IMG/VR virus record: IMGVR_UViG_3300037471_000830
Origin: a virus
Lineage: Duplodnaviria; Heunggongvirae; Uroviricota; Caudoviricetes
Reading direction: 5' to 3' (one strand)
Length of the DNA: 64,000 nt
Part shown: positions 1-9,507 of the stretch, in pieces
Layout: every line of letters begins with the position of its first letter
Numbering within the stretch: the stretch's first letter is position 1
Program-made: the position numbers and the translations under genes
The notes under the pieces: model-generated
What the model was told of the DNA's origin: nothing
The model's database searches: none
What the model saw: the letters and a program-made list of their open reading frames with translations, nothing else

Positions 1-32
1 CGAAGCGCCGGCTCGCGCAGGGCCAACACCCG

Positions 33-257
33 ATGACCACTGGCCGCCCCAAGTGGCTCGCCGAGCACTTCTCGGCGCTCATCGAAGCCAACGGCCAGGT
101 GGAGCGCAGCACGTTGCGTCAAGCGATGGAGCAGCGCATGCAGTGGAACAAGCAGACCGCCGACCCGCACACCTCCATGTTCGTGGCGATCGGGGTGGGC
201 CTTCGGCTGGTGGACTTCGACGGCGCAACGATAACGATCCGAAAGGACCAGGCATGA
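33..257 (+). CDS. hypothetical protein (frame is open upstream to the window edge; true start may lie outside)
   Basis: ORF track 33..257; ATGA overlap with next ORF; GC-rich coding-like composition. Confidence 0.4.
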   Translation: MTTGRPKWLAEHFSALIEANGQVERSTLRQAMEQRMQWNKQTADPHTSMFVAIGVGLRLVDFDGATITIRKDQA

Positions 258-463
258 GTCAGCCGAAACGGCCCTGGCGCAATGTGATGGGGTACGTCCG
301 CATCCCTGCGCTCTCCGGCACAGACGCCCGCGCCTACAACACCCTGGAGTGCGGCCACCGCACCGGAACATTCGTCGGCAGCGCCGCCATCGACGCCAAG
401 CACGCCAAGCGTCGGCGCTGTCCCGCGTGCGGCACCCAATCCCAAGATCAAAAGGAAACGTGA
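254..463 (+). CDS. small zinc-ribbon-like protein (Cys/His pairs CGH...CPAC)
   Basis: In-frame ATG at 254 inside ORF 53..463; start-stop coupling on both sides (ATGA). Confidence 0.4.
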   Translation: MSQPKRPWRNVMGYVRIPALSGTDARAYNTLECGHRTGTFVGSAAIDAKHAKRRRCPACGTQSQDQKET

Positions 464-3400
464 TGGAAATCTCGACCGCGCTGTCCGTGCGCAGTGACTT
501 CTCCGTGGGAGAGTCCATGCTGCAAGTGGACAAGATGGTGAGCAAGGCGCAGGAGCTGGGCCTCAAGACCCTGGGCCTGGTGGACACCAACCTGGGCGCG
601 ATGGTGGACTTCTCCAACCGCTGCAAGAAGGCGGGCATTCGTCCTGTGATTGGCTTTCGCGTCCGCGTTGCGCACGATCCGACTTACCGAAAACCCTCCA
701 AGAGCAGCGGCATCAAGCCGGTGGACAACCCGACGTGGATCGCCAAGGTCTATCTGAAGTCGGCCGCTGCGCTGGAGTCCGTGATGGCTTTGCTGACCAA
801 GGCCAACAGCCCCGAATACTTCTACTTCCACCCGCGCATCGGGCTCGATGACCTGATGACACTCAAGGACGTGGTGATCACGACCGGCGACCAGAACAGC
901 CTGTTCGCGACCAAGGACCACATGCCGGCGCTGCACCGGCTCATGGCGACCTTTGCCAACGACGTGTTCGTGGAGCTGTCGCCGGTGAACACGCCACTGC
1001 ACGACCGCATCAACCTGCTGGCGGCGCAAGCCGCGCGCTCCACGGGCCTGAACACCCTGGTGGGCTTGCCCGTGATGTACGCCAGCCGCGAAGACGCGGA
1101 CAGCCGCGACGTGCTGGCGGCCGTGACCACGAACACCAAGATGGACGCGCCGTTCCGCAGCGTGCCCTACGTCCGCGACTTCTCGCTGGAGAGCGCCAAG
1201 AAGCTCACCACGGCCGTCAAGGAGACCGTGTTGCGCCTGGGCCGGCTGGACCGTACCAACGTCGCGAAGGAGTTCGTTGAAGGACTCGCCAACATTGAGC
1301 GCGTCGTGGCGCGATGCGGCTACACCTTCGAGCGCCAGGAGGTCTCGCTGCCCAAGATGGCCGAGAACGAGTTTGACGCCTTGCAGCGCCTGTGCGTGCA
1401 GGGTTGGAACACGCGCTTCAAGCAGCCTGTGCTGGGTCACGTGCCGAGCGACCTGGGGCCGTACAAGGAGCGGCTGAAGTACGAGCTGGGCGTCCTGAAG
1501 AAGATGAACTTCTCCGGCTACTTCCTGCTGGTGGCCGACCTCGTGAAGTGGAGCAAGGACAACGGCATCCTGGTCGGCCCGGGACGCGGCTCCGTGGGCG
1601 GCTCGCTGGTGGCCTACCTGTGCGGCATCACGGACGTGGACCCGCTCCGGTTCAACCTGTTCTTCGAGCGTTTCATCAATCCTGACCGGATCGACCTGCC
1701 TGACGCCGACCTGGACTTCATGTCCTCGCGCCGGCACGAGGTCCAGGACTACCTCGTCGCCCGGTACGGGAAGGATCGCGTGGCGGGTATTTCCAACTAC
1801 GCTGCCCTGGGTCCGGCTTCCGCCATGCGTGACACCGGACGGGTGTTCGGGCTGCGCGACAGCGACCTCATGGCGACCAAGCTGGTCCCGAAGGAGCACG
1901 GCATCTCCACGCCGCTGGCGGAAGCCATCAAGGTGGTGCCGGAAATCGAGAAGTTCAGCGAGGACCATCCTGGCGTGTGGAACCACGCGCTCAAGCTTGA
2001 AGGCTCCATGCGCGCGTTTGGACGCCACGCGGCCGGCATCATCGTGGCGGGTGAGCCTGTGGTGAAGCGCGCGGTGCTGGAGACCCGCGACAAGGACGAG
2101 TCCATCCCTGCGGTGATTTGGGACAAGCGCGTGGTCGAGGATTGGGGCCTGATCAAGATGGACCTGCTGGGTCTCTCGACCCTGGACATCCTTGACATCG
2201 CCAAGCGGTACATCAAGAAGCGCCACGGGAAGGTGATCGACTACCTGCGCGTGCCGCTGGACGATCCGAAGGTGCTCGACGCCTTCGGGCGTGGCGAGAC
2301 CACCGGCGTCTTCCAGTTCGAGAGCCCTGGCATGCGCAAGCTCCTGCGCGATCTGCGCAAGGGTGGACCGCTGACCTTCGACGACATCACGGCCGCCACC
2401 GCCTTGTACCGCCCGGGTCCGATGGACTCCGGGATGATGCAGGACTTCGTGAACATCAAGCAGGGGGTGGACTCGCCGTACTACGAGCACCCCAACATGG
2501 AGCCCGCGCTGCGCGACACCTATGGCGTGATCGTGTACCAGGAACAGGTGATGCAGATCGCCCGCGACATTGCCGGCTACTCCATGTCCGGCGCTGACGC
2601 CCTGCGCAAGATCATGGGCAAGAAGGACAAGGAGAAGATGTCTGCGGAGCGCGAGACCTGGGTCAAGGGCTGTATGTCCACGTCCGGGCTCTCCGAGAGC
2701 GTGGCGGGCAACCTGTTCGACAAGATCGCCGCCTTCGCCGGCTACGGCTTCAACAAGAGCCACGCTTGCGAATACTCCATCATCTCCGTCTGGACGATGT
2801 GGCTGCGGGTGAACTACGCCGCCGAATACTTCGCCGCCTGCATGAGCATCGTGAAGGAGGAGAAGCTGCCGGGTCTGGTTTCCGACGCGCGCGAGGCGGG
2901 GATCGAAGTCCTGCCGCCCGACATCAACCTTTCAGGGGTCGAGTTCTCCATCCCCGACAGTGAGCATATCGTCGCGCCCTTCAGCGCCATGAAAGGGTGC
3001 AGCACTGCGACCGCTGCCCGAATCGTGGAGCTGCGCGAGCGCAACCGCGACTGGAAGCTGGTGCGGGTGAAGAAGAAGCGCGACGGCTCCACCGAGGACG
3101 TGTACGGCATGGACCTGGACACGCCGGTCAAGGGCCGCTTCGACTCCTTCAACGAGTTCTTGTGGACCTCCGAGCAGCCCGGCTCCAAGGTCAACGCCAA
3201 GGTGGTCGATGCTCTGCGCAAGGTGGGCGCCTTCGCGGGCGTGGACAGGAGCGAGCTGCCGGCCCGTCACCCCGACCGCCGCAAGGACCAGATGGAACTG
3301 CTGCCTGGTCTGATCATCGACACCCTGAAGGCGGATCGCACCACGGATGCCTCCGAGCCCTTCCTGCGCAAGAAGATTGTGGAGATCGTCCGCGACTACC

Positions 3401-3912
3401 GTGAATGCGATGGCTGCTCCCTGGCCGGCAATCCGCATCCATCCGTGCGCGTGAAGTCCAAGGTCAAGTTCATGGTGGTCTCGGACTGCCCGAGCTGGCC
3501 CGAGGAGAAGGCGGACAAGCTGCTGGAGGGCGACGGTGGCACCTTCGTCAAGAACGCCATCAAGAACGCAGGCTTGGAAGTCGGCGATGGCTACTACACC
3601 ACGCTGGTCAAGGCGAAGAAGACGGACAAGTTCCTCACCAACGAGCAACTCAACGGGTGCAGGAAGTTCCTCGACCGCGAGCTGGAGCTGATCAAGCCGC
3701 CCGCCATCGTGGCCCTGGGCTCCGCGTCGATACGCCGACTGCTGCCGGACGTGAAGGGCGGCACCGAGGAGCTGGCCGGCAAGGCGGTGTATGTGCCCGC
3801 TCTCGACGCCACGGTCATCTGTGGCATCAATCCGGCGCAGATCATCTTCAACGAGTCCAAGGGCGCCGTCCTGGACGCCATCTTTGAAAAGCTCGCCGAA
3901 GTCGTGCTCTGA
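463..3912 (+). CDS. dnaE: DNA polymerase III alpha-like (C-family, DnaE-type) replicative polymerase with N-terminal PHP domain and C-terminal uracil-DNA-glycosylase-like (family 4-like) domain
   Basis: PHP-like N-terminus (MEISTALSVRSDFS...), DnaE fingers motif FNKSHA..YS, GIEVLPPDIN segment, HhH-like region; last ~200 aa resemble UDG fold (VKFMVVSDCPSWPE ... CGINPAQI); start at ATG 463 with AAGGAAA RBS. Confidence 0.8.
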   Translation: MEISTALSVRSDFSVGESMLQVDKMVSKAQELGLKTLGLVDTNLGAMVDFSNRCKKAGIRPVIGFRVRVAHDPTYRKPSKSSGIKPVDNPTWIAKVYLKSAAALESVMALLTKANSPEYFYFHPRIGLDDLMTLKDVVITTGDQNSLFATKDHMPALHRLMATFANDVFVELSPVNTPLHDRINLLAAQAARSTGLNTLVGLPVMYASREDADSRDVLAAVTTNTKMDAPFRSVPYVRDFSLESAKKLTTAVKETVLRLGRLDRTNVAKEFVEGLANIERVVARCGYTFERQEVSLPKMAENEFDALQRLCVQGWNTRFKQPVLGHVPSDLGPYKERLKYELGVLKKMNFSGYFLLVADLVKWSKDNGILVGPGRGSVGGSLVAYLCGITDVDPLRFNLFFERFINPDRIDLPDADLDFMSSRRHEVQDYLVARYGKDRVAGISNYAALGPASAMRDTGRVFGLRDSDLMATKLVPKEHGISTPLAEAIKVVPEIEKFSEDHPGVWNHALKLEGSMRAFGRHAAGIIVAGEPVVKRAVLETRDKDESIPAVIWDKRVVEDWGLIKMDLLGLSTLDILDIAKRYIKKRHGKVIDYLRVPLDDPKVLDAFGRGETTGVFQFESPGMRKLLRDLRKGGPLTFDDITAATALYRPGPMDSGMMQDFVNIKQGVDSPYYEHPNMEPALRDTYGVIVYQEQVMQIARDIAGYSMSGADALRKIMGKKDKEKMSAERETWVKGCMSTSGLSESVAGNLFDKIAAFAGYGFNKSHACEYSIISVWTMWLRVNYAAEYFAACMSIVKEEKLPGLVSDAREAGIEVLPPDINLSGVEFSIPDSEHIVAPFSAMKGCSTATAARIVELRERNRDWKLVRVKKKRDGSTEDVYGMDLDTPVKGRFDSFNEFLWTSEQPGSKVNAKVVDALRKVGAFAGVDRSELPARHPDRRKDQMELLPGLIIDTLKADRTTDASEPFLRKKIVEIVRDYRECDGCSLAGNPHPSVRVKSKVKFMVVSDCPSWPEEKADKLLEGDGGTFVKNAIKNAGLEVGDGYYTTLVKAKKTDKFLTNEQLNGCRKFLDRELELIKPPAIVALGSASIRRLLPDVKGGTEELAGKAVYVPALDATVICGINPAQIIFNESKGAVLDAIFEKLAEVVL

Positions 3913-3995
3913 GGCGACTTCGCAAAACCCGTTGCGACTCCTGACCGGGGTCGCAACACTGAAAACCTGCTCACTCACCACTGAAGGAGAAACAG

Positions 3996-5006
3996 ATGAG
4001 CGAACCCACCGCAAAGGAAATTGACGACCTGATGGCGGAGCTCGAAGCCGAGCTTGACGGCCTGGACGACGGCCCCAAGCCGACCGAGCCGCAGCCCGCA
4101 CCCTCGGACGAGCACTCCGACCTCGACGTTGATCCGCCCGGTCAGGGCGCTGCCACGCCCGAACTCAAGCCCGCACCTGCCCCCGCGCCCGTGGCGGCCC
4201 GTAGCGAGCCCGTAGCGAGCCCGCCTGTGGTTGCAGCAGCACCCGCAGCAAGTGAGCCCGACGCTGACGAGCTGGCGGCCCTGGAGGCGGAACTGCGCGA
4301 GACCGAGCCCGCACCCGCTCCGGCCCCCAAGCCCACGCCGGCCGCACCGACGCTCGCCGAGAGCGCCAAGAAGCTCGCCGAAGCCCAGGTGACGGTGATC
4401 GAGGCAGTGAAGGCGGCCGACAAGCCAAAGCCCGCGCCGATCCACGACTCCGGCTTCAGCGAGGCGGAAATCGCCGACCCGGTGGGCGCACCCAAGAAAG
4501 CCGCGCTCAACTACTACGTGGACGTGGAAGCCTTCAAGCGCGAAACCGCCGTGTCCGATACGAACCTGGACGACTGCATGATCAAGCAGTCGGGCCTGCG
4601 GGCGTACTACGGCGCCCAGGCGGCTCACGCCGAAGCGCAGCATGCCCGCCTCAAGGTCCGCTTCGATGTGCTCGAAGCCAAGCTCTATGACACGCACCGC
4701 AAGCGCCTGGCCGAGACCGGCGAGAAGGTGACGGAGAAGGCGGTGGAGAACGCGGTCAAGCTCGATCCGCAGTGGCTCAAGGCCAAGAACGCGGTCATCG
4801 AGGCGGAGACCATCGCCAACGTCAACCGCAGCCTGGTGGTGTCGCTGTCCGACCGCAAGGACATGCTGGTCCAGCTCGGCGCGGATCGGCGTGAGGAGTT
4901 CAAGGGCCAACTGCGCATGGCGGGCGGCAGCGATGAAGTCGCTACCCGCAAGGCGGAATCCCTTGCAGCGAAGGCTCTGGCGGCGGCCCAGCGCGCGCAG
5001 GTTTGA
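3996..5006 (+). CDS. hypothetical protein, Ala/Pro/Glu-rich low-complexity N-terminus plus structured C-terminal domain
   Basis: ORF track; RBS GAAGGAG 8 nt upstream; follows polymerase gene. Confidence 0.6.
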   Translation: MSEPTAKEIDDLMAELEAELDGLDDGPKPTEPQPAPSDEHSDLDVDPPGQGAATPELKPAPAPAPVAARSEPVASPPVVAAAPAASEPDADELAALEAELRETEPAPAPAPKPTPAAPTLAESAKKLAEAQVTVIEAVKAADKPKPAPIHDSGFSEAEIADPVGAPKKAALNYYVDVEAFKRETAVSDTNLDDCMIKQSGLRAYYGAQAAHAEAQHARLKVRFDVLEAKLYDTHRKRLAETGEKVTEKAVENAVKLDPQWLKAKNAVIEAETIANVNRSLVVSLSDRKDMLVQLGADRREEFKGQLRMAGGSDEVATRKAESLAAKALAAAQRAQV

Positions 5007-5149
5007 TCAAAACTGCCTCAAAATAATAAGTCGCCACTGAGCTACAATAAGCCCGTGACGATGACGAGCTAAACACTCAGATTCGTCACATCCTTAGTCA
5101 CTCACAACTGACTGCTTTCATCTTCACGACAGATAGACTGGAACTTCAA

Positions 5150-5965
5150 ATGGATTTCTCCAAGCTCAAGCAGACCGCCAAGCAACAAAAGGCCGCCCTC
5201 GCCAAGCGCGAGCGCAACCTGACCCTCAAGCCGGGCAGCCAGCGCATCGTCCTGATGCCCGGCTGGAGCCCCGAACAGCGCGAGGTCTTCTTCCACGCCT
5301 ACGGTGCCCACTACGTCAAGAACGCTGCTGGTGAAGTGCAGGCTTTCCTGCCCTGCCCGAACGCCTCGTTCGGCGAGCCGTGCCCGGTGTGCGATGCCGT
5401 TGCCACCGCGATCAAGAACTCGCCGAGCGACGAGATGACCGAGATGCTCAAGGAAGCCAAGTCCGGCAAGCGTTTCCTCATCAACGTGCTGGCCCTGGAC
5501 GGCGAGGAGCCCAACACGCCCAAGACCCTGGAAGTGCCGAAGGTGGTGTTCGAGAACATCGTCGGCCTGATGGAAGATTGGGGCGAGGCGATCTTCGATC
5601 CCGAAAACCCGACCATCATCTCCATCGAGAAGACCGGCAAGGGCCTGGGCACCCGCTACACCGTGCAGGTGTCGCCGAAGAAGCACAAGCTGCCGGCCGC
5701 CGCGCTGTCGCAGATTCCGAACCTGGAAGAAGCCGTTCGCGCCTACAGCGACGAGGACATCAAGCGCGCCCTGGGTGCGGTCCACGCCGCTGCGGGTCTG
5801 CTGCCGGCCGCTGATGTGCCTCGCACCGCGTCCACCGCTCCGCGCCTGGCTCACAGCCGGCCCGCCGATGTGGAAGACGCCAAGCCGGCTGTGAAGCCCG
5901 CTGCACCGTCGCTGGACGACGACCTGGACTCGCTGCTGGGCGACGACCTCGAACTGGCCGCCTGA
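5150..5965 (+). CDS. putative ssDNA-binding protein (T4 gp32-like architecture: Cys-rich metal site, acidic DDDLDSLLGDDLELAA C-terminal tail)
   Basis: CPNASFGEPCPVCD zinc-site-like motif, RFLINVL core, acidic tail typical of SSB partner-binding tails; sits in replication module. Confidence 0.5.
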   Translation: MDFSKLKQTAKQQKAALAKRERNLTLKPGSQRIVLMPGWSPEQREVFFHAYGAHYVKNAAGEVQAFLPCPNASFGEPCPVCDAVATAIKNSPSDEMTEMLKEAKSGKRFLINVLALDGEEPNTPKTLEVPKVVFENIVGLMEDWGEAIFDPENPTIISIEKTGKGLGTRYTVQVSPKKHKLPAAALSQIPNLEEAVRAYSDEDIKRALGAVHAAAGLLPAADVPRTASTAPRLAHSRPADVEDAKPAVKPAAPSLDDDLDSLLGDDLELAA

Positions 5966-5984
5966 TCGGTCTTCAAGGCACCTG

Positions 5985-6014
5985 AAAGGGCTGGCTTCGG
6001 TCAGCCCTTTTTCA
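5985..6014 (+). terminator. rho-independent terminator hairpin (AAGGGCTG-gcttcggt-CAGCCCTT + TTTTC)
   Basis: perfect 8-bp GC stem followed by T-run immediately after CDS 5150..5965. Confidence 0.6.
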
Positions 6015-6027
6015 TCCAGGAACTTGC

Positions 6028-6936
6028 ATGAGCAAACTCGGACTCATCGACGGTAATTCGGTGGGCTACGCCTCGAATTACGCCATGAAACTCACCAGTG
6101 GCGACCAGGAGACCCAGGCGGTATTCGGGTTCCTGCGCACACTGCGAGAAGTGGCTGTGACCTACCCGGACTACGGCCTGATAACGCTGTGGGATGGTCG
6201 CGCCACCTGGCGCTTCGATATTTATCCCGACTACAAGTCCAATCGGGAAGCCGACGCCAAGAAGGTCGCCTTCAAGGACTCCTACGTGTCGCAGCGTCCG
6301 TATATCCAGCGTTGCTTGCAGCACCTGGGCGTGCGCCAAATCACTGCGATGACGCATGAGGCGGACGACATGGGTGGACTGCTGGTGAGCAATCTGTCCA
6401 AGGTTCCGGGCTCGAAGATCACGGTCTTCACCGGCGACCAGGATTGGCTGCAATTCGTCAAGGAAAACGTGAGTTGGCGCGACCTGCGCGACGACAGCCG
6501 CCAGATCAACGCCAAGAACTTCCAGGAGAAAACGGGCTACGCCAACCCAATGGCATTCCTCGAAGGGAAATGCCTGATGGGCGACACGTCGGACGTGATC
6601 CCTGGCGTGGGCGGCGTGGGCGAAAAGCGCGCGAAGGAGCTGCTGGCGGAATTCGGGTCCGTGCGCACCTTCTGGAAGAAGGTCGAAGCCGGCGAGCACG
6701 TTCCGCGTCTTGCTTGGCAGAAAAACCTTGCGACCAAGGAAGCGAAGGCTGCGTTCCTGCGCAACCTGAAGCTCATGCAACTGATGAAGGTGCCCAAGCC
6801 AAACCGTGAGGATATTCGCGACATCCGTGGCGGCTTCGATAAAGAGGCGTTCGCGAATGTCTGCGAAGAACTCGCATTCACATCCATCCTCCGCACGCTC
6901 GACAAGTTTGTCGAACCCTTCCAACCGAAACACTAG
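6028..6936 (+). CDS. 5'-3' exonuclease / flap endonuclease (RNase H-like, PIN-5'nuclease family)
   Basis: conserved acidic clusters (IDGNS..., TGDQDWLQF, MGDTSDVIPGVGGVGEKRA HhH segment) typical of Pol I 5'-exo/T4 RNase H/T5 D15. Confidence 0.8.
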   Translation: MSKLGLIDGNSVGYASNYAMKLTSGDQETQAVFGFLRTLREVAVTYPDYGLITLWDGRATWRFDIYPDYKSNREADAKKVAFKDSYVSQRPYIQRCLQHLGVRQITAMTHEADDMGGLLVSNLSKVPGSKITVFTGDQDWLQFVKENVSWRDLRDDSRQINAKNFQEKTGYANPMAFLEGKCLMGDTSDVIPGVGGVGEKRAKELLAEFGSVRTFWKKVEAGEHVPRLAWQKNLATKEAKAAFLRNLKLMQLMKVPKPNREDIRDIRGGFDKEAFANVCEELAFTSILRTLDKFVEPFQPKH

Positions 6937-6947
6937 GATAAAACATC

Positions 6948-7955
6948 GTGAGTCTCGAATCCTTCCTCAAAGAGCTGGACGAAGCAGTTGGCGAAAATGC
7001 CGACAACCAAATGGTGACGCAGTGGATTAACACCGGGAATCCGCTGCTCAACAAGATTATTTCCGGCAAGCACGACGGCGGCCTGCCCTACGGTCGGCTG
7101 CTGGAGATGTTCGGTGAGTCCAGCACGGGCAAGACGGCTCTGGCAACGCAGTGGATGGTGGAGGCGCAGCGCATGGGCGGCGTCGCTGGCTTCATTGATT
7201 GGGAGCGCAGCTTCAACGTGGAAATGGCGCGCGGCTTCGGGCTGAACGACAAGCGTCCGCACTGGTTCTACTTCAAGCCGAAGACTTGGGAGGAGGGTAA
7301 CAAGATCGCAACCAAGGCATGTCAGGCAATCCGCAAGCACAAGGGCATCCCCGACGACGCGCCGATCCTGTTCGTGTTCGACTCCATCGCCGCCGCTCTG
7401 CCCAAGTCGATGGCGGAAAAGGAGATCGACGAATACTCCATGAATGACACCACGGCGCTGGCTCGCGTGACCTCCACCACGCTCAAGGCCCAAGCGCAAT
7501 GGGCGGAAGAATTCAACGCCACCTTCCTGTACCTGAACCAGATTCGCCTGAAGCCGGGCGTGGTGTACGGCGATCCGCGGACCACCCCGGGCGGCAAGGC
7601 AATGGAGTATTACGCTTCCGCCCGCCTGGCCCTGGGTCGCCAGAAGATCATGGAGACCAAGGACGGCGAGAAGGAATTTGTGGGGCAGCAGATTTCGGTC
7701 CAATGCACCAAGTCCAAGTTCACCAAGCCGTTCAAGGAAACCAACCTGCGCATGTCCTTCAATGACGACGGCGTGGCGAGTTTCGACATGGCAACGTCCC
7801 TGCTGGAGCACGCGATCGAGCACAAGCTCCTGACCTCGGGCGGCCCGCGCGTAACCTGGACGGACGGCAAGGCGTATTTCAAGAAGCAATTGGCGCAGAA
7901 GATCAACGATGAAGGACTGATGCCTGAATTGGTCGCCATCGTGAAAGCTGCATAA
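6948..7955 (+). CDS. uvsX: RecA-family recombinase (UvsX-like)
   Basis: Walker A GESSTGKT, RecA-like core, GTG start; located between FEN and Mre11/Rad50 genes. Confidence 0.8.
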   Translation: MSLESFLKELDEAVGENADNQMVTQWINTGNPLLNKIISGKHDGGLPYGRLLEMFGESSTGKTALATQWMVEAQRMGGVAGFIDWERSFNVEMARGFGLNDKRPHWFYFKPKTWEEGNKIATKACQAIRKHKGIPDDAPILFVFDSIAAALPKSMAEKEIDEYSMNDTTALARVTSTTLKAQAQWAEEFNATFLYLNQIRLKPGVVYGDPRTTPGGKAMEYYASARLALGRQKIMETKDGEKEFVGQQISVQCTKSKFTKPFKETNLRMSFNDDGVASFDMATSLLEHAIEHKLLTSGGPRVTWTDGKAYFKKQLAQKINDEGLMPELVAIVKAA

Positions 7956-8024
7956 GCCAAGCTCCCCAAGTGCCCTTTCTGGCTATATTGACTTCATAGT
8001 CAATGTGTCAGGAGGGCACGATTC

Positions 8025-8375
8025 ATGGAGAGATACGTCATTGGTTTTGTCCCGCCTATGATTGGGTTGGACGGCGAATTCAACACGATTCGCCTGGGGA
8101 TGACTTACGCCAAGAAGCTCAATGCGGGCGACTTGGTTTTCCTTCTCGATGAGAAGGAGCGCAAGGTTTTCGGGACCGCCGAAGTGGTCTCCGTAGAAAC
8201 CGACAAATTGGGCGAGATTTGCCTGAACCACGCTGCTAAAAATCACACTGAGCTTGCGAGCACTGACGGGCACGAAGCGGAACGCCTGTTCAAGTTGCTT
8301 CAGAAGATATATGGCCCTCACATCGCCACTCCTGAGAAGAAGGCGACTGTGATTTACCTCCGTAGAACGGAATAA
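8025..8375 (+). CDS. hypothetical protein
   Basis: ORF track; RBS GGAGGG upstream. Confidence 0.5.
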   Translation: MERYVIGFVPPMIGLDGEFNTIRLGMTYAKKLNAGDLVFLLDEKERKVFGTAEVVSVETDKLGEICLNHAAKNHTELASTDGHEAERLFKLLQKIYGPHIATPEKKATVIYLRRTE

Positions 8376-8384
8376 GGAGAGAAC

Positions 8385-8870
8385 GTGAAATTTCATGGCG
8401 TCAGCGATACCGTCCCATTTGGCAAGTACAAGGGCAAGACGGTTGGCGAAGTGATGAAGGAGAACCCGAGTTACCTCGCCTGGTGGCGCCATGCGCAGAT
8501 GACCGAGAACGGCAGGCCGGCGTCCGAAGTCATGGTGCCGGAGCTGCACGTGGCGATCAACGTCGCCATCGAGCTGGACCCCAAGCTCAAAAAGAAGTTT
8601 CCGGCCGTGCCCGTGCCATCCATCCCCAACGCCGCCGACATGACTGTGGGCGAAGTTGCTGCGATGGTCGCGGCCACCGAAGTCACGCCCCCGAAAAAGG
8701 GCAGCAAAGCGGCCACGTCGGGCATCGCAAAGGGAGCCGCAGCCGCAGCAATGGCAGCCCTCAAAAGCGAATCTGAGCCCGCGCCCTGGGAAGGCAGCAG
8801 CACTACGGTCATCGCCCCGACGCAGCCCACGACGCCCGCCGAACGCTATGCGGATTGGGGTGGCTTCTGA
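8385..8870 (+). CDS. hypothetical protein with DUF3820-like N-terminus (KYKGKTVGEV...YLAWW)
   Basis: GTG start with AAGGAGAG RBS; conserved-looking N-terminal motif. Confidence 0.5.
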   Translation: MKFHGVSDTVPFGKYKGKTVGEVMKENPSYLAWWRHAQMTENGRPASEVMVPELHVAINVAIELDPKLKKKFPAVPVPSIPNAADMTVGEVAAMVAATEVTPPKKGSKAATSGIAKGAAAAAMAALKSESEPAPWEGSSTTVIAPTQPTTPAERYADWGGF

Positions 8871-9232
8871 TGCGCGTCGTGCCCGTGATCCGCGACTCCA
8901 AACCTGCGGGCGCCTTCTACCACCTGGACGACGGCCGGGTGATCTACCTGGCCCGTCGCCAGCGTCGGCACCTGATCATTCCAGGCAACGCCTGGGCCTT
9001 CGACACCATGATGCTGCGGCGCTGCGAGGCCGAAGGCGTCAGCGCCATCGGCGTGTTCGTCAAGACCGGCCGCCTGTTCTGGCTCACCCCGCTCAAGGAC
9101 ATCCGCGAATCGCCGAAGGCGTTCCGGCCCTGGGTCAAAGGCGAGCGCCTGTACGCGCTGCCAGCGGAAGCATTTCGCGTTCGCCCCTCCAAGCGGTTCG
9201 AGAACATCGAAAAAGCCATGCGCATCCGATGA
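8870..9232 (+). CDS. hypothetical protein
   Basis: ATG 8870 overlapping previous stop; ORF track 8855..9232. Confidence 0.5.
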   Translation: MRVVPVIRDSKPAGAFYHLDDGRVIYLARRQRRHLIIPGNAWAFDTMMLRRCEAEGVSAIGVFVKTGRLFWLTPLKDIRESPKAFRPWVKGERLYALPAEAFRVRPSKRFENIEKAMRIR

Positions 9233-9507
9233 CCAATCCTGAACTCATGCTGCACAATTCAAATCAGTCATCACTGAGCAACAAAGACGCAATGATCTAT
9301 TCAAAGGACAAGTCCATCAACACCACGGTGCGATGCCTGCTACGCGCGGGTTGGAGTGTGAAGTCGCGCAAGCGCCATTTAACGATCACGGACGGTCGCT
9401 ACACCGTTTCCGTGCCGACCTCGCCGAGCGACCACCGCACCGCGCTCAACTGGCACTCGCAAATCCAGCGCACGACCGGCGTGAACTTAGCCGCTCTCGG
9501 ATGCTGA
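9229..9507 (+). CDS. small hypothetical protein with weak HicA/YcfA-like pattern (GW..KRH..TVSVP)
   Basis: ATGA overlap with upstream gene; in-frame within ORF 8656..9507; family call is weak. Confidence 0.35.
   Translation: MTNPELMLHNSNQSSLSNKDAMIYSKDKSINTTVRCLLRAGWSVKSRKRHLTITDGRYTVSVPTSPSDHRTALNWHSQIQRTTGVNLAALGC

Noticed and set aside
349-462. Upstream extension of the polymerase ORF (MRPPHRNIRRQRRHRR...)
   Set aside because: The extension is an Arg-rich frame overlapping ORF 254..463 with no RBS. The PHP domain begins at the ATG at 463, which has a good RBS.
448-2763. 771-aa ORF on the minus strand antisense to the polymerase gene; similar long antisense ORFs occur at 2932..4101, 15626..17701, 17937..19154 and 55136..56119
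   Set aside because: These are typical stop-codon-poor antisense frames of high-GC coding DNA. The proteins are Arg/Ala/Gly/His-rich low-complexity, have no RBS or start context, and overlap well-supported + strand genes with recognisable motifs.
9229-9507. A complete HicAB toxin-antitoxin module
   Set aside because: Only a weak HicA-like pattern is present. The downstream gene is clearly a SleB-type hydrolase, not a HicB antitoxin.
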